From Marsupella aquatica (lineage: Eukaryota > Plantae > Marchantiophyta), in contig OZ316891.1 in the NCBI GenBank assembly GCA_973895155.1, positions 16,185,137 to 16,249,136 on the forward strand: 64,000 nt of DNA. Reading direction: 5' to 3'. Every line of letters starts with the position of its first letter. The stretch's first letter is position 1. The position numbers and the translations under genes were made by a program. Positions 37,227-50,500 of the stretch are shown here, one piece after another. A model generated the notes under the pieces. It was given only the letters and a program-made list of their open reading frames with translations, ran no database searches and had not been told where the DNA came from.

Positions 37227-37686
37227 CTAAGTGGTGGAGGGGATGTCATCATCTTCCACTACAACTACGTTGGGTCTATCCTGGACTATGGATCGTGATC
37301 GAGGGATATATGGCATCACAATAGACCAATTTGAGTCATCCGGATAAGGTAGGTAAAAACATTGCTCAAGGTGATGTGGGAATGCAAACGGATCTGAAGA
37401 CCTCCAATTTGAGCTGATAACACTTGTCTTCAACCGAGTAAATCCGCATGCATCATCTTCACATGTACGAGTTCGGTTATGCGTGCTTTATATCATTTTT
37501 TTGATTACGTACGTATTATGGTATTTATTATATTACCTTTTATGTATCATTATATAATAATTGGGCCATCGGATACCAACTCCTGATTTTCGGGGATATT
37601 CATACGGATTTAGAAATGGTGGCCCACAAGATTCATCTTGAACCATTTGCACTTCAATACCACTTCCTCCAAAGTAGTATGTGCAT
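37227..37686 (-). pseudogene. C-terminal remnant of the CACTA TnpD transposase (DUF4216-like)
   Basis: EVVLKCKWFK ... GFTRL ... DPFAFPHHLEQCFY...WSIV...PR, typical of TnpD C-termini. Confidence 0.7.
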
Positions 37687-37688
37687 GG

Positions 37689-37990
37689 GGGGTATTTACA
37701 AACGACAGGAAACAGGAAACAGTAACAGGAAATAGTTACTGGTAACAGGAAATAGTTACTGGTAACAGGAAAGTGGGTGGTAATTTTTTGGGATTTTATT
37801 TTGGAAAATTTTTTTTTGGGGGAAAAAAAGTTTTCTTTGTTTTGGTTTGTCATCATTATATTGCTAGCGCCCGAAGCTAACAATAGCAGCGCTTGGCGCT
37901 CGGAAAAAAACCCATGATTTTAATTATTTTGAAAAATAAGACTTTAAATGGTACATTTTTAGATCATGTTTTTTACTGGTAACAGATTGT
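37689..37990. mobile_element. Orphan terminus of the ParB-MTase MULE family
   Basis: GGGGTATTTACAAACGACAGGAAACAG matches the family end; degenerate palindromes at 37865 and 37887. The right boundary is approximate. Confidence 0.7.
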
Positions 37991-38976
37991 CCAAGAACAA
38001 AACCCTACCTAGCTACCCCCCTCAACCCAAAAAAACAAACCTAGCTACCCCTCGATCAAAACCTAGGTACTGCACATAAAATCCAATCACAACCATTAGT
38101 GTAACAAAGGCTTAACATTATCCTCAAAAAATGTCTAACAATATCCTATGTATTAAAACCCTATACCAATAAATCCCCAAACCCCTCAAAGCCCTAAAGT
38201 CCTTCAAAGAGAATTGGGATCAATTACAGTAAAAGAGTAAATCTAGGTACCACTTACTAGCCAAAACACCTTGACTTATCCTTCCATCCATCACTCAATG
38301 TTGAGCAAGTTAAGGCCCTATAATTACATTACTATACAACTTAGCTTTATAAATTTAGGGTGCAATAAATTAAGCATGCAATCACAACCATATTTTAGTT
38401 ATCTTAGGAAATACAAAGTCATGAACTAACCCCAAAATTGTAGTTGCGAAGAAGGAACTTGCAAGAGGCCGGGTAACATATACACAATATGCCATCCCGT
38501 TCACGGTGTTACTAAAAAAAGCCGGATATATTCAAACGACCACAAAAAAGTGACTACAACCCTCCCTTCTATTACCCCACCCAATTACTTAATTCCATGC
38601 TCCACATACAAACCCAAACACCCAAACTAAACCCAAAGTAAATAGATTTGACCTCCTATGGGACCAAAACATGGAATCTGTTATAGCTGATCGAGGGGTC
38701 CGATACTAAAACAAACGGAAGCAGCATCGTAAAGGCAGGAGAAAGAAAAGCAAGGAGGGGTCCGAAGCAAAACGCATCGGAAGGTCCGATTGTAGGTCCG
38801 ATTCTTTCGGCTTCGGACATTGCATTTCATAAAGTATCGGAAACAACAGACCTGTTTTCAAAAAATAAGTCCCGATGCGGATGCGAAGATCCGGGCATCG
38901 GGCCAAGCTTCGCATTCCGTGGTTTGCGAGGCCGGGAGGCTCAGGTAGACATCGGTGGGCAAGCTAGGAGAGAGAC

Positions 38977-41350
38977 ATGGTGGGAGGAGGATCAGGTGGT
39001 GGGGACGGGGCTGGACCCTCTCGGCCCTATGATGAGATTATGAGGGAGATTTTTATGAGTAGGGCAAGGCTAAGTGCTGAGGATGCAGAGAGAGTTGTGC
39101 CACTTCTTCAGACCTTGATTGATGGATCCAGGATTGAGGCAGAGAAAGCTGCGGCTGCAACCATTGCTGCAGAGAAAGCTACAAAGAAGAAGCAAAAGGA
39201 GGCAAAGAGAGGCAGGGAAGATGGTGAGGAATCCCTCTCTCCCCAAAAAGGAGAGAGGAAGCTTCGCAAGGCAGCTAAGGAGGCTGAGAAGAAGAGAGTG
39301 GAGGAGTTAAAGCGAAAGGAAGCCGAGAGAGCTCTGAGGCCTGAGCTAGCCCTAAACTCAGGTGGCTCCCCAATGCCGAGAGGATACAATCTCTTCCGCA
39401 GCCAGTTCAAGCAAGTGGTGAAGGCCAATTTGGGGCCATTAGATTACTGGGGAAGGAAGACTGAGGAGAAGAAAGGTCGAAATCGAGAGCAAGTGAAGGA
39501 GCGATTCAGGAATGGGGCCTCCCTTGATGACAGGTTCTTGAATAAGAGGATATCAGCTTCACTTTCAGACATGCAAAATCATCAGAGAGAGAAGTTCAGG
39601 AAGTACCTTGCTGATTTGCCAATTGATTCAGAGGTGGTCAGGGAGCAGGGCTGTCCAGATGTGCTCTCCCTAGATGAGTGCGCAGCTTGGCTTGAGGAGG
39701 AATTAGCAATCCGAGCCTGGCAAAAAAAGAGACAATGGGACCACGAAATCAGCTTGGCAGAGGAGAAGCGGAAGGCTGGGGAGGAAATTGACATCCTCCC
39801 CCTCCAACAGAACCTACGGCAGTGGGGATCTCAAGCAGTACGATTAAAAGAGCCACCCAAGGACATCATCAAAGCATTGGAGCGAGTCCAAGGGCGACCC
39901 ATCGTCACTCACCGCATGGGGCAAGGAGGCTCCAATTGACTGAAAGCAGAGTTCGTAAGTGCCTTCTCCCTCCTCCCTAGCTCCTCCCCCCCGACCACCT
40001 GACCTTCTCTTGCGAAGAGTGACTCAATTTTTGCTGCCAAATGCCTTTATGCCATTTCAGCCCGATGTTTTTTGCTCTCGGGACTATTCTGTCCGATACT
40101 CATCCAAAGCTTTTAGCATCGGACCTAGTATCGGACCTGTTGTTATGCCATTTAGGGTTATCGGGATCCGATACTATTCCGTTGCTTTAAGTATCGGAAA
40201 CAGCATCGGACCCCTCATAAGAACAACGGGTTTTTTAAAATGTTGTTGTTTCACTCAATTAGGGGTATGGGTTTGCATTCTTCAGTACCCTAAGAAGGCA
40301 TGGGACCCCTTACAAGAAATGGGAAAAGTTGGGCCGATGCAAAGACTAGTTTTCATGCTAATGGGTTTCTCGTTTGGTATTGTGATGTGTCAGGAGCGGG
40401 ACTGGGGTCGACCTATTGGGCCGTCAGAGAGGGAGTTAGCAAAGAGGGATGGACCCCGAGCTCTTAAGCTCCACCTTGAGGAGGAGCTGGGAGAGGTAAT
40501 TGGTGTTGAATTGGCCCTATATAGGTTCAAATTGTTTTTGGTTGTGGTCAATATTAGAGAGCTTTCAAGGAACTATGTTTTCAAATGCAATTTAACCCTA
40601 CTTATGTATTGTGCAGGATGAGGAGACAGGGTCTGATGAGGGAGAGGAGGGTGAGGGTGAGGAGGAGGGTGATGGTGAGAAGGAGAGGATGGCGAGGGAG
40701 AGGAGGGAGATGATTTTGAGGTGTCTGTGCCCTTAGAGGGTGCGGCAGAGCGATCGGGGAGGGTGCCCCGAGTTACCCCTACCCCTGCAGTCCCTCATGT
40801 TGCCCCCACATCAGCACAGAGGGGTAGGTCACATGGTGTTCATGGTGTGGCCTCCCATCAGTCGGGAGTGTCACGGAGTGCGAGACCCGGCCCCTCAGGG
40901 GGTAGTAGAGGTGGCGCGGGACCAGGCCATCGCTCTGGAGTACTATCCGGTACACCTGGCTCTTCTCGACAAGTGGGTCATGACATGGAGGATGGTGGCT
41001 CTAGGGGGCGAGCGCCATCACGTGAGTCTGGTGGGAGTACCGCACGGCATGGGCCACAGACAGCATCTGTAGGGGATGCATCCCATCACTCTCACAAGTC
41101 TACCGGAGGGGGAGATGGCTCCTTCCACTCTGCTGTGTCAGGGGGTTTAGAGGCATCTGTTGCACCTCAGCATCCTAGCGGTGCATCTAGTGGGTCAGGG
41201 TCCCGGCCAGCATCAGGCCAACCCACTGGTGAGCAGGTGGTTGCCACAGTTGTGGGCAGCCAGAGAGAGGAGGGGTCTTGTGTTCCTGGACCTGTACCAC
41301 CCCCTCGTTCTCGCCCAAAGAAGAAGAAGGGATGCAACACACATTTTTAG
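38977..41350 (+). pseudogene. CACTA second (TnpA-like) spliced gene
   Basis: 320-aa ORF ending near HRMGQGG; donor GTAAGT at 39955; small exon about 40393-40496; acidic and Gly/Ser-rich last exon about 40617-41350; one in-frame TGA. Confidence 0.55.
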
Positions 41351-44300
41351 AGCTTAGTGGCATGAGCTAGATATGTAGTGCATGGTAGATTTTATACTAG
41401 CATATATATGTACCATCTAGTATAGTAAACTACCTAGGCTACTACATATTGTACATACCAGGGGGTTTCCCTTTTTGAATATGACATTTTGAGCTTGTAC
41501 ATATAACATTCTTTTGCATCAATCATAATTTAACCCAATTTGGCCCATTTCACCATGAAACTAACCCTAAACCCTCAAATACCAACCCCACGAGGCCCAC
41601 TCTTCTATCAAGAAAGAATCACCCTTGTCCGTTACTAGTCCAATGTAATATACATCGGAAAAACACCTAATTATCCCATGCTTTCAGTATCGGGACATCC
41701 GATACTCTGCTCTTCGAACAGTCCTATACTAATCGCATCGGACCCCTCGTCCAGCAAGCATGACAAAAATCCAATGTCCGATACCGACCACTTCGGACCA
41801 TCCAATATGAAACCACTCGGATTGTGATACATGCAACATTGGACCTTCCGATCTATAATCCAACGGATGTTGCGTTACTAAACGCATCGGAAACTCCGAT
41901 GCTATAAATTACGCACATTGCGAAGCTCTAGGTAACGGAAATTCCGATATGATATGTATCGGACGCCAAGTTTTGCGATTAAGGTCACCCAAGTGGATAT
42001 TCGACTCTCTTTGCATCGGATACAAAATAGTCCGAAATGGTTTGCTTCGGAAATACCGATGTAGAGAGAAACGGAAAGTTCGAAGGTTGTCCGATGGTCG
42101 GTGTCCGATATGTGGAGAATGGGAACATACGAAGCGGGTTACATCGGAAGTACCAAATTTAGTGTGCAACTTTCGTGAAGGGATCCAATGGAGATGGCAT
42201 CGGATAAAGGCCCGAAAATGTACTAGTGTTAGTCTAACCTATTCTACACAGGCTGGCTAATGTGTCATCGCCGCTATCTTCTGGCCGACACTTGTCCTAA
42301 TAGCTTGTTTTAGCTACTCCTAGTTCTATTCTAATCCTAACCCTCCGCTAATGCCTGGTGCGCTTGCCAGAGCTGTCCGAGTGGGAGCGGCCATCCCGCT
42401 GCCTACGCAGTCTGTCATTGTCCATCTTGAGGAGCTCGACTTGGTCTAGCAAAGATTTGTTCTCTTGCTTTGCCGCGTCCGTCTCCTCAGTTTCCTTCTG
42501 GCATGCCCCCTGGGCCCTCAGCTTACAAAATAACGAAACACACATGCAAACGTCCGATGGGTATTAAATATCAATTCCGCAAATAATATTATAACAACAT
42601 TCTAACCAACAAGGTCCTTATATATCGTCGTAACAGATTAGAAGAGGTGAAGGGTTTTATTAAAGGTGTCCCAAAGTTAATCAATTGAAGGGCCATTTTA
42701 ATATGCAATGACATGCGTCACGTGCTCATTGGACCACATGTCAAATGACCAGTGGTTTACGGGTTCTGGGGGGAAGGGTGGTCAAAGTGTCGTGTTCCCC
42801 CCTTTGCCCCTCCTACTTTGTAGGAGCCGTCCGATGTAGGATGCCCTAGATCGGACGGCCAGGCGAATGTTGGGGTCCAAGATCAGGGCAAGACGCTCGG
42901 GGAGACGGTGTGAGAGGGTGGGAGAGGAGGGGCGGGAGGAGGGGTCTCCGAAGAGGTTTGAGCCGAGGCCACACTTTTGGGCTTTCGGTCATTTGGACTT
43001 TTTTGCCAGTTTCTCCCTCTCGCAGTTTCTTTGCTTGCTCGTTCGCCCCGCCATTTGCTCATTTCTTTGTCATCTTGTCCCGCATCTTGCGTGATCTTGA
43101 GTTGGGGTTTGGGCGAAAGCAGGAGGCAAAAGTGTTTGATATTCGGTCCCGCATTCGGTTGAATTCTCGGGATTTCTTTGGGGCTTTGTGAACGTGTTTG
43201 TGCCCCGGTCTGTGCACTCAATCTCTTCCGGGACTCTCTTGCATTTGAGCTTGCATTCCTATCCCGATCCCGGTCCCGATTTCCATGTCCATTTTGTGAT
43301 CGAGTAATTTTGTAAGCTGATTGCAAGCCCGATTGTGAGTTGGGCGGGAAGCTGAGGCTGCATTTTGACCCCCGTTTCAACCTTGGCCATTGCAGCGGGC
43401 ATTGCAAACGGGGTTGCGGGCTGCATTTTGACCTTGGCCAAGTTGAACCCCGGTTTTTCTCACCAATCTCGGGACCGATCAAAGCTCGGGGGACGGGCAG
43501 TGGGATCAACTGGTGGGGAAGGTAATTCCTGAGGTTATTTTTATAAACGGTACCAATCCTGCTTCCTACTGTTTGGAATGAGCGCCCGAATGAGCAAAAC
43601 CATGGGCGAGAGATTGTGCCAGTGATTTGAGCTGAGGCACAAGTGCATTTTGTTGTTGCTGCCTCCGGGGCTGCCTCTCGCCCGGCCTCTTGTCTTGAAC
43701 ATTTCGGACTGTGCTTTTCTGTTGCTGACTTTTCAGGCGGAGACTTATGTCGCTTTTTGTTTTGTAGGTTGGTGGTGACTATAGTGAACACCGGCCCCGG
43801 CACCAACAGGAATCCCACAGAAAATTAGGGCTACGGTTACACGGTCTCGGGCACGGTCTGCGGCAAGAAGGGACATTAAGTTTGCGTCTATGGCAATTTG
43901 TGTTGGTTTGTGTTTGTGCCCGTGTTTGTGACACTTTCTATCGCTCTGCCCCGCGCTCTGCTTGTTCCCGCATGCTACAAAACCTATGTCTAAAGCATTT
44001 TCCTTCGTGCATGTGTTTAAATTGGTCATCATAGCCTGGGATTTGGTTTTACTGGTTTAGTCACTTTGTTTTGTGGTTGCCTATTTGTTCTAAAGCATCT
44101 GAATTTGTAGGGCCTTTCCCGAGGGTTTAAAGAAGAAGGGGTTGGCGCCTTCTACCTTCAAGCTTCCAATCGATTGTGGCAAGAGCGGGGGCAAGAGTCT
44201 TGTGATCGGATCAAGGTAACAATGTAGTGAAGGTTTTCCCGGGGGTTTTTCTGTTTCGGATGCAAGTTACTTCCATATAGTGTATTGTTGCCCACTCCTA

Positions 44301-45626
44301 TCGTTTAAATGTTGGATAGTAAGTCCAAGTCTATTATGCTCTGTAAATAGATAGAATGTGCGCCTGGCTCTTCAATGCCAATTCCATTTTTTATACCTCC
44401 GTGTCTCTCAGCGCTCATTACTGCCCCAAGATTGCAGACTGAGTGAACATCCTTTTCTTGGCTAAAGTAGTTCACGTATGCTAAAGGAAGGCATTTCATA
44501 TTAGCCACATGCTTCTACCATTGCAATTTTGTAATATTTCCGGTCGAGTCATTCTTATGGGATGGCTTTGTTCGGGGCTTTGTTTTAATTGATGTTCATT
44601 CTTGTCTCTTCTCTACAGGTGAAGCGCAAGGCTAGGCAGACATTTGCTAGGCTTGTTACACTAGCGGAACAACAATTGGGGAGAAAGTAGTGGGGAAAGC
44701 AGTCGGTCAGCTTTTAAGTGTTGGTGAGTATGCTTAACTTCTTGAAATCTGTACTAGGTCCTTGGATGAATACCTTGTGTTATTTGCCTTATTCTTCAAT
44801 GACAGGATCCCACATGTCTTTTTGCAGTTTACTAGCACGCGTCGGGATTGGAGTTGCGCTTATAGCAGGGACCCAAACAGCGGCAAAGAATACTCTGAGG
44901 GACTGAGGGTGTGTCAATCAGCGCCAACAAATCATAGTGAGTTTATCTAGATTTCCAAAATGCTGACTGGTTTATGGTGAAGTTTCTATCGCGCCCTCCA
45001 GTCTAAAACAGAGTGCGGGAGCAGAGCAGATTAGAGCAGAGCAGAGTAGAGAGTGGAAAGCTCCAAAGTCTAGTAGTTTAGTCGGGACATAACCCATGTG
45101 CTATTTCTATTGTTGTCATGCATGGCGGAGCGGTACCTCTCGTTCTGCTCTCTCCTCCACTTTGTCTTTGTGAGCGCTTGCTTTGGTCGGGGCTTTGATG
45201 CGTCTTTGATTTAACTACCTTTGTGGGTTGAAGCATTTTGTTGAAGCTCCGCGCATCAGTGTTAGCTGTGTTAATTTATGCTTTGTAAGGTCAAGTTGTT
45301 TGCACCTAGGTCAAAGCTCTCGCGCGAAGAAATTTAGCTTTAGCTTGCTACTACATTTGGTAAAGCTTAGCTTTAAAACTCTATTTGTGCTTGGGCTTTT
45401 TGAGCAGTCGGTGATCATTGAATTTGATGTACTGAAGTTTCAGGAATTATGGCTCCTGCAGTTAGCTTGACCTATCATTCGTTTTGTTTTACAGGTTTGG
45501 AGGTGGGCCGAGGCCGGGGCTCAACGCTTGTCTACTAGTATCGTATTTGGCCGCGGGGTTACATCACTCTAAGGTGACACATCATTTTGCATATTAATTG
45601 TTTCTCCTTCTCAGCTATTTTATGAT

Positions 45627-46301
45627 ATGATTTGTGACTACTATCATCTGCTTTGTAGTCCTGTATGTCATTCCGAGTCTCGTTCTTTTATTGAATGGAT
45701 TTGTTTTTCTTCTCCGCAGGTGAAGTGCAAGGGCTGCCCGGAAAGTGTGAGTTGTCTTGAAAGTTTAGGCACATTAAGGTCTGGGATTCAGGTTCTTGGC
45801 GTCAATTGTCGTGTGAGTAGAAGTCCCAGTAGAAGTCAATCTATAAGCAATATGTCACGTGAGACAAAGGTCAATTCCATATGGACCCTTTCTGTGCAAG
45901 TCATAGGGGCATTTGTGTGCTCTGCGGTCGGATTGTGTACTGAAAATTTACTGTGGACTCTGTTGGGTTTGCTTAGCCAACTATTTCAATTTTTGCATGA
46001 AATTTTGGAGCGATTCATCGCTCTTGCGCATCCACCCCTAGAGATGGCTGATGTTGGGGGTGCAGAGACCCCTCATCCTGACATTGTCGGTCATGAAGCT
46101 TTGCCTCTGCAGAAGACTTCTGCACCGTTAGTTTCCCATTATTATGCAGTGTCTAGAGGCCGTAGGCCAGGCATATATGAATGTCACGAAGCCGCTGACA
46201 AACAAGTCCTAGGTTTTAGTGGGAATAGTCATAGGTCATTTAAGACTAGAGCACAAGCAGAGGATTGGCTAAAGACGCAGATCTTGGCCGGGTTGGCATA
46301 A
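45627..46301 (+). CDS. Small ORF or terminal exon with an RNase H1 hybrid-binding / caulimovirus viroplasmin-like domain
   Basis: YYAVSRGRRPGIYE......KQVLGFSGNSHRSFKTRAQAEDWL matches the HBD signature; several candidate splice sites upstream (43768-45719). Confidence 0.65.
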   Translation: MICDYYHLLCSPVCHSESRSFIEWICFSSPQVKCKGCPESVSCLESLGTLRSGIQVLGVNCRVSRSPSRSQSISNMSRETKVNSIWTLSVQVIGAFVCSAVGLCTENLLWTLLGLLSQLFQFLHEILERFIALAHPPLEMADVGGAETPHPDIVGHEALPLQKTSAPLVSHYYAVSRGRRPGIYECHEAADKQVLGFSGNSHRSFKTRAQAEDWLKTQILAGLA

Positions 46302-47540
46302 TTGTCAATGTAAGACTTGAGTTCATTTGAATACGAGACAAATTTGGAATTTCAGGTGATGCTGTGTGTTCTTGCATGCAACTGAAGGCCAACTTGACTC
46401 CCTTTCTTATGTTTTCCTCATGTGCACATATACCTACTCCTTGCGAGGTGTTTACAAAAGGCAGTAAACAGCAAACAGCAAAATATAACAGGAACTGGTA
46501 ACAGCAAAATTTCCTGTTTTGGGAGCACATTTCTCCTGGTATTGTGGCAAAATTTAAAAAATCCATTCCTAAAATACTGATAATTATGCAATGCCGAATA
46601 TTAGCGCCGGGAGTCTACAGGAAAAATAATCACAAACGCATCATGCCGAATACTAGCGCCGGGCGTTAAAACCCAAAATAATGACACATTAATCGCCCAA
46701 ACATGCCGAATACTAGAGCTGGCCGCTTCCAATTCTTTGTGCAAAAAATCACGAGAACCTAGGATTGATGTTCAGGCTGAGATCCAAGTAGAAACCAAAC
46801 ATTAATAATAGTCTAAGTTCAATATCAAAGCACAGAGATGTAGGACTTAACCAAGGTATCTGAGTCATAACTTCTAAAGGGAAATTGAAAGAAAAGAAAC
46901 CCGAGATTTTTTATTTAAGTGAAACATATTGTCCTCGGTGTACAAATATTTCTACTTAGGAACACTAAAGTTTCCAGAACAATTGTAACTAGCGCCAGGC
47001 GCTAACACTCCCGGTGGGTGCCTCCTCGTACAATGTCCTATCTCGAAGAGTGACATTCATCATCAATCCCAGAGTCCTGACAATCTGGATCTTGGTGGAA
47101 ACCATCTAATCGGAAGTTGACATATGCTCTCATGGGCCGTCGATAAACTGGCCTTCCATGGAATCGAGAAGGAGAAAAATGAGAGAAATGGACTTTGAAA
47201 GAAACAATAGTATGTCAATAAGGGGCTTGGATTTATCGTTATAGGTCCTCTTGTCGGTACCAGTCTTCGAGTGAAAGCCAAATGACACTAGGGCGGAAAC
47301 GACAAATATCAAACGGAAGCTTCCGACGTGTTTTTTGGGTAGCGGCGGGCGCCAATTAACCAAGCCGAGGAACCCACACAAAGGACGGTACTCAAGACCA
47401 CATTAACCATTGAATGGAAGGGGCAACATCCCTAAAACTCAATTCATTTTTAATAAATTCAATAGCGCCCGGCGCTAACAAAAACCAAGGGCATACTCGT
47501 ACAGTTGGGAGGAAGTTTGACCTGAGAGAGGAGAAAATTG

Positions 47541-50500
47541 CTACCCTTCAGAGTCAGATTCTGAGCTCTCATTCTGGGAGCTATGAGATCTGTCGGTTGA
47601 CTCTGCCTCATCATCAATATACTTGCTTCTAGAAACATCATCTACGTAGGGGTTCCTCATGAACTTCCTGTCTACTCCCCTAAGAAGCCTAAGTCCTTTT
47701 GTTTCCCAGCAGAGCGTTCTAAATTTCTCTACCTTCCTCGCGATGTTCTCAGCGTATGATGGCAACACAAACGGCTTCTCGGGAGTGATGATTACATTTC
47801 GAGCCACTTTCCTCCGGAGTTGAAACCATTTTCTTTGGTTCCATTCTGACCTGCTCAAAAGAGAAGCAGAAGAGAAAGAGGAAGTAAGTACTTAACCGAT
47901 AGAACTGGCGGAATTGAAGATTAGCCAACAATTGAAAGGATAAAGGAGCTTACGAGAGACAAAAATTACTCGGAAGACTCTTCGCTGTCCTCCGTTGACC
48001 CATCATGTCGGGTTTCCTCTTTCCTGCCGTCATTGACATCCTCAGGAACATCATCTTCTGGCGTCCCATCATCTTCGTCCGAATCAAAGTTGAGGACAGA
48101 TCTAAGTCTATCTTTCTTTTTTCGTCTGGTTATTTGAGGAGGGGGAGGTTGTGTCTCCAAAGGTTTGGGAGAAATGAGGTCCAAAAAAATCCTCGAAGCG
48201 GTCTCAACAAACTCCCAACGATTTTCTAACCCGATGACAAAACGGCCCGAGTAATCCCCAGCAATGAACGTACTACCTGAGCCGACGGTCCAATCAATTA
48301 CAAGATCCTTAGGTATTGTAAAGAGTTCATGGACAGTTTGCATAAAACCAACCGGCAGTCGGGAATTCCCAGTAAAATGGAGTTCAGGACAATGATCTTC
48401 CTTCAAAGATTGTAGCCCAATAAGGTTCGAGATTGAAGGATCTTCAGCGCTAGATAATGGCTTGAATCTTGGATCCTTTGGGACCTTTCCTTTAAAAGAA
48501 AATCGACAAAATATGTCCAGTCTAAGAGTGAAGACCTGCAAAAGTTGACGAACCAACTGGATTTCAAAAATCTTTTACTCATGAGAGAAGACCTCCTAAG
48601 AAAGAAAGAGTAGCCCGACATTTACCTGGACATCTGTCTTGGATCTGTACATTGGGACAGACATGAAAACGTTGTGCGTATTGATGCACATGAACTTCTT
48701 GGATTGCTGACATGCAGAAATGACCTGGGAAATCTGATCGTGGTCATCCGAGTATAAGATAGCGAGCATTCCGTCATCGGAAAGGAAAGGGTCCATCGCC
48801 CGAAAGAATGATTCGGCTGCTGTGTGATCTGTGCAATTCCATTTCGAGACCCGACGGTCAACAATTGTGGGTTTCAAACCAGTTGGGAGATAGATGAAAC
48901 CCGCATTCACCCCAAATGATCGTTCCTTCCCACCTCGAATGATTCCTTTATCTCTACACCCCGATTTGATCAAATCCTTACCCCACTTCTCAGCGTTTGA
49001 GACCCAATCTGGCTTCTCTTCCTTACTAATTGCACTATCAATAAATTCTGCCAAGCTTGATTCAACCATACAGTGTCTTCCGAGTTTGGTCTTGAAAGTC
49101 CCCACATCCCGTTGGATACCGGCCCCAGAAGCATTATCTCGCAAAGATTCCCAGACATCGACGGTCCTTTTCTTCTTCTTCTTTGTGCTTGTAGCATCCA
49201 CAGGAACTATAACCTTCCCCTTCTCAACAGGGGTGATGGGGTCTGGATTGGCACCAGTGTTGGCCTCAGAGACTTCTGGTGTTGCATCGACTTTTGTGTC
49301 ATCCGTGGCGGCATCAGATTTTCGACCACCTACCCAAAATGGTGTCAAGCACAGAAAGAGTGTTAGCGCCAGGCGCTGACCAAACACCCACATTAATTTT
49401 GGGAAATAAGACACATTAAACTCACGACACATGATAGCGCCAGGCGCTAACAAAGAAGGAAGTCGGAAAAAGGAGGTGTAGCTTACATTTTTTCCCAGAC
49501 TTGGCACTAGCACTTGCCACAGGGGCATCCGCCTTGGCTTTGGCTCTTGGTTTTCGGCTTCGATCAACATGAACCACTGTGGTTTTGCATTTTTTTTGCA
49601 ACTCAGTCATTGACGAGTTGACGTCCCCCTCAATTCCTTGCTTCATGTCGGAGACAAATTGTCTCGGAACTTGGGATTTAGACAGTTTATGGAAAGCATC
49701 CTTCTTAGTGTCGTCAAAAGGAGAATCCCATCTGTCGGTGTCAAGATACCAAGGGCAGTGAATTCTCTCCCACTCTGACAATTTCCTCGGTGGAAGTATA
49801 CCCTCAGCCGGATACATCGAATACAGTTCGGCCAAAATGTCTCCATCTGCGCAGATGACCCAATTCTGGAAAGCAGCTGGGTAAGCCCAAAAATAGTCAG
49901 GCTTCACAATCTCCATGTGCATGAAGAAACGATAGACATATCGTTTTGCTCGCTTTTGATTCTTGAGTGTGTAGTCTTCCTTGTCCGGGTACTTGGACAT
50001 CCACATCGTATTGAAAAACTTACCTTTCACTGCATCCCCAAATTTTTTGAAATCATTGCACACTATTTCAACGAGTGAATCATAAGACTCACACTTCCAT
50101 TCCTCCAATCGATTGGAAGGAATTATTTCACTGATTTGCTGGAGGGCAGTCTGCAGCATACCAATAGCAAATCCCTCCACGCTATTCCAAGTTTGCCAAG
50201 TGTGGCACCACTGCTTCACAGGGTCATCACTAACACTTTGTGGATGAAAGAACTGCTTCCTGAGCTTTGGCGTGCAATGCGCTACTAACAAAGTGCTCCT
50301 CAATTTGGGGTCAAGGGCAGAGACTGCTGTAAATAACCTGGCATGATCCATGGTACAGACAACCGCATCCGGTTTCTTCTCGCGTTTGTTCACCTCGGTC
50401 ATCGGATACATCTCAGCACAGGTTGTCATGAAGTCTTCAAACTCTGGACTCAACAAGAGAGTGATCTTTGAGACCTTGATCGCCCAATCCTTCGTTGCTT

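Larger units (their letters stand above)
36502..42228. mobile_element. CACTA (En/Spm) element, deletion derivative
   Basis: TIR CACTAGTACATTTT / AAAATGTACTAGTG; 3-bp TSD TTA (36499-36501 and 42229-42231); dense ATCGGA/TCCGAT subterminal repeats. Confidence 0.92.
32051..42545 (-). mobile_element. Probable older LTR-retrotransposon fragment hosting family C copy 1 and the CACTA element
   Basis: Pieces 32051-32219, 35974-36501 and 42232-42545 read as one LTR-like sequence with a coiled-coil ORF end at 42348-42545; boundaries not resolved. Confidence 0.35.

Noticed and set aside
42612-42640. Helitron 5' end (TCCTTATATAT)
   Set aside because: Not preceded by A, and no matching hairpin-CTRR 3' end or Rep/helicase found.
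42883-43818. 311-aa minus-strand ORF
   Set aside because: No motif, low-complexity GC-rich sequence, and antisense to the apparent splice-site orientation.
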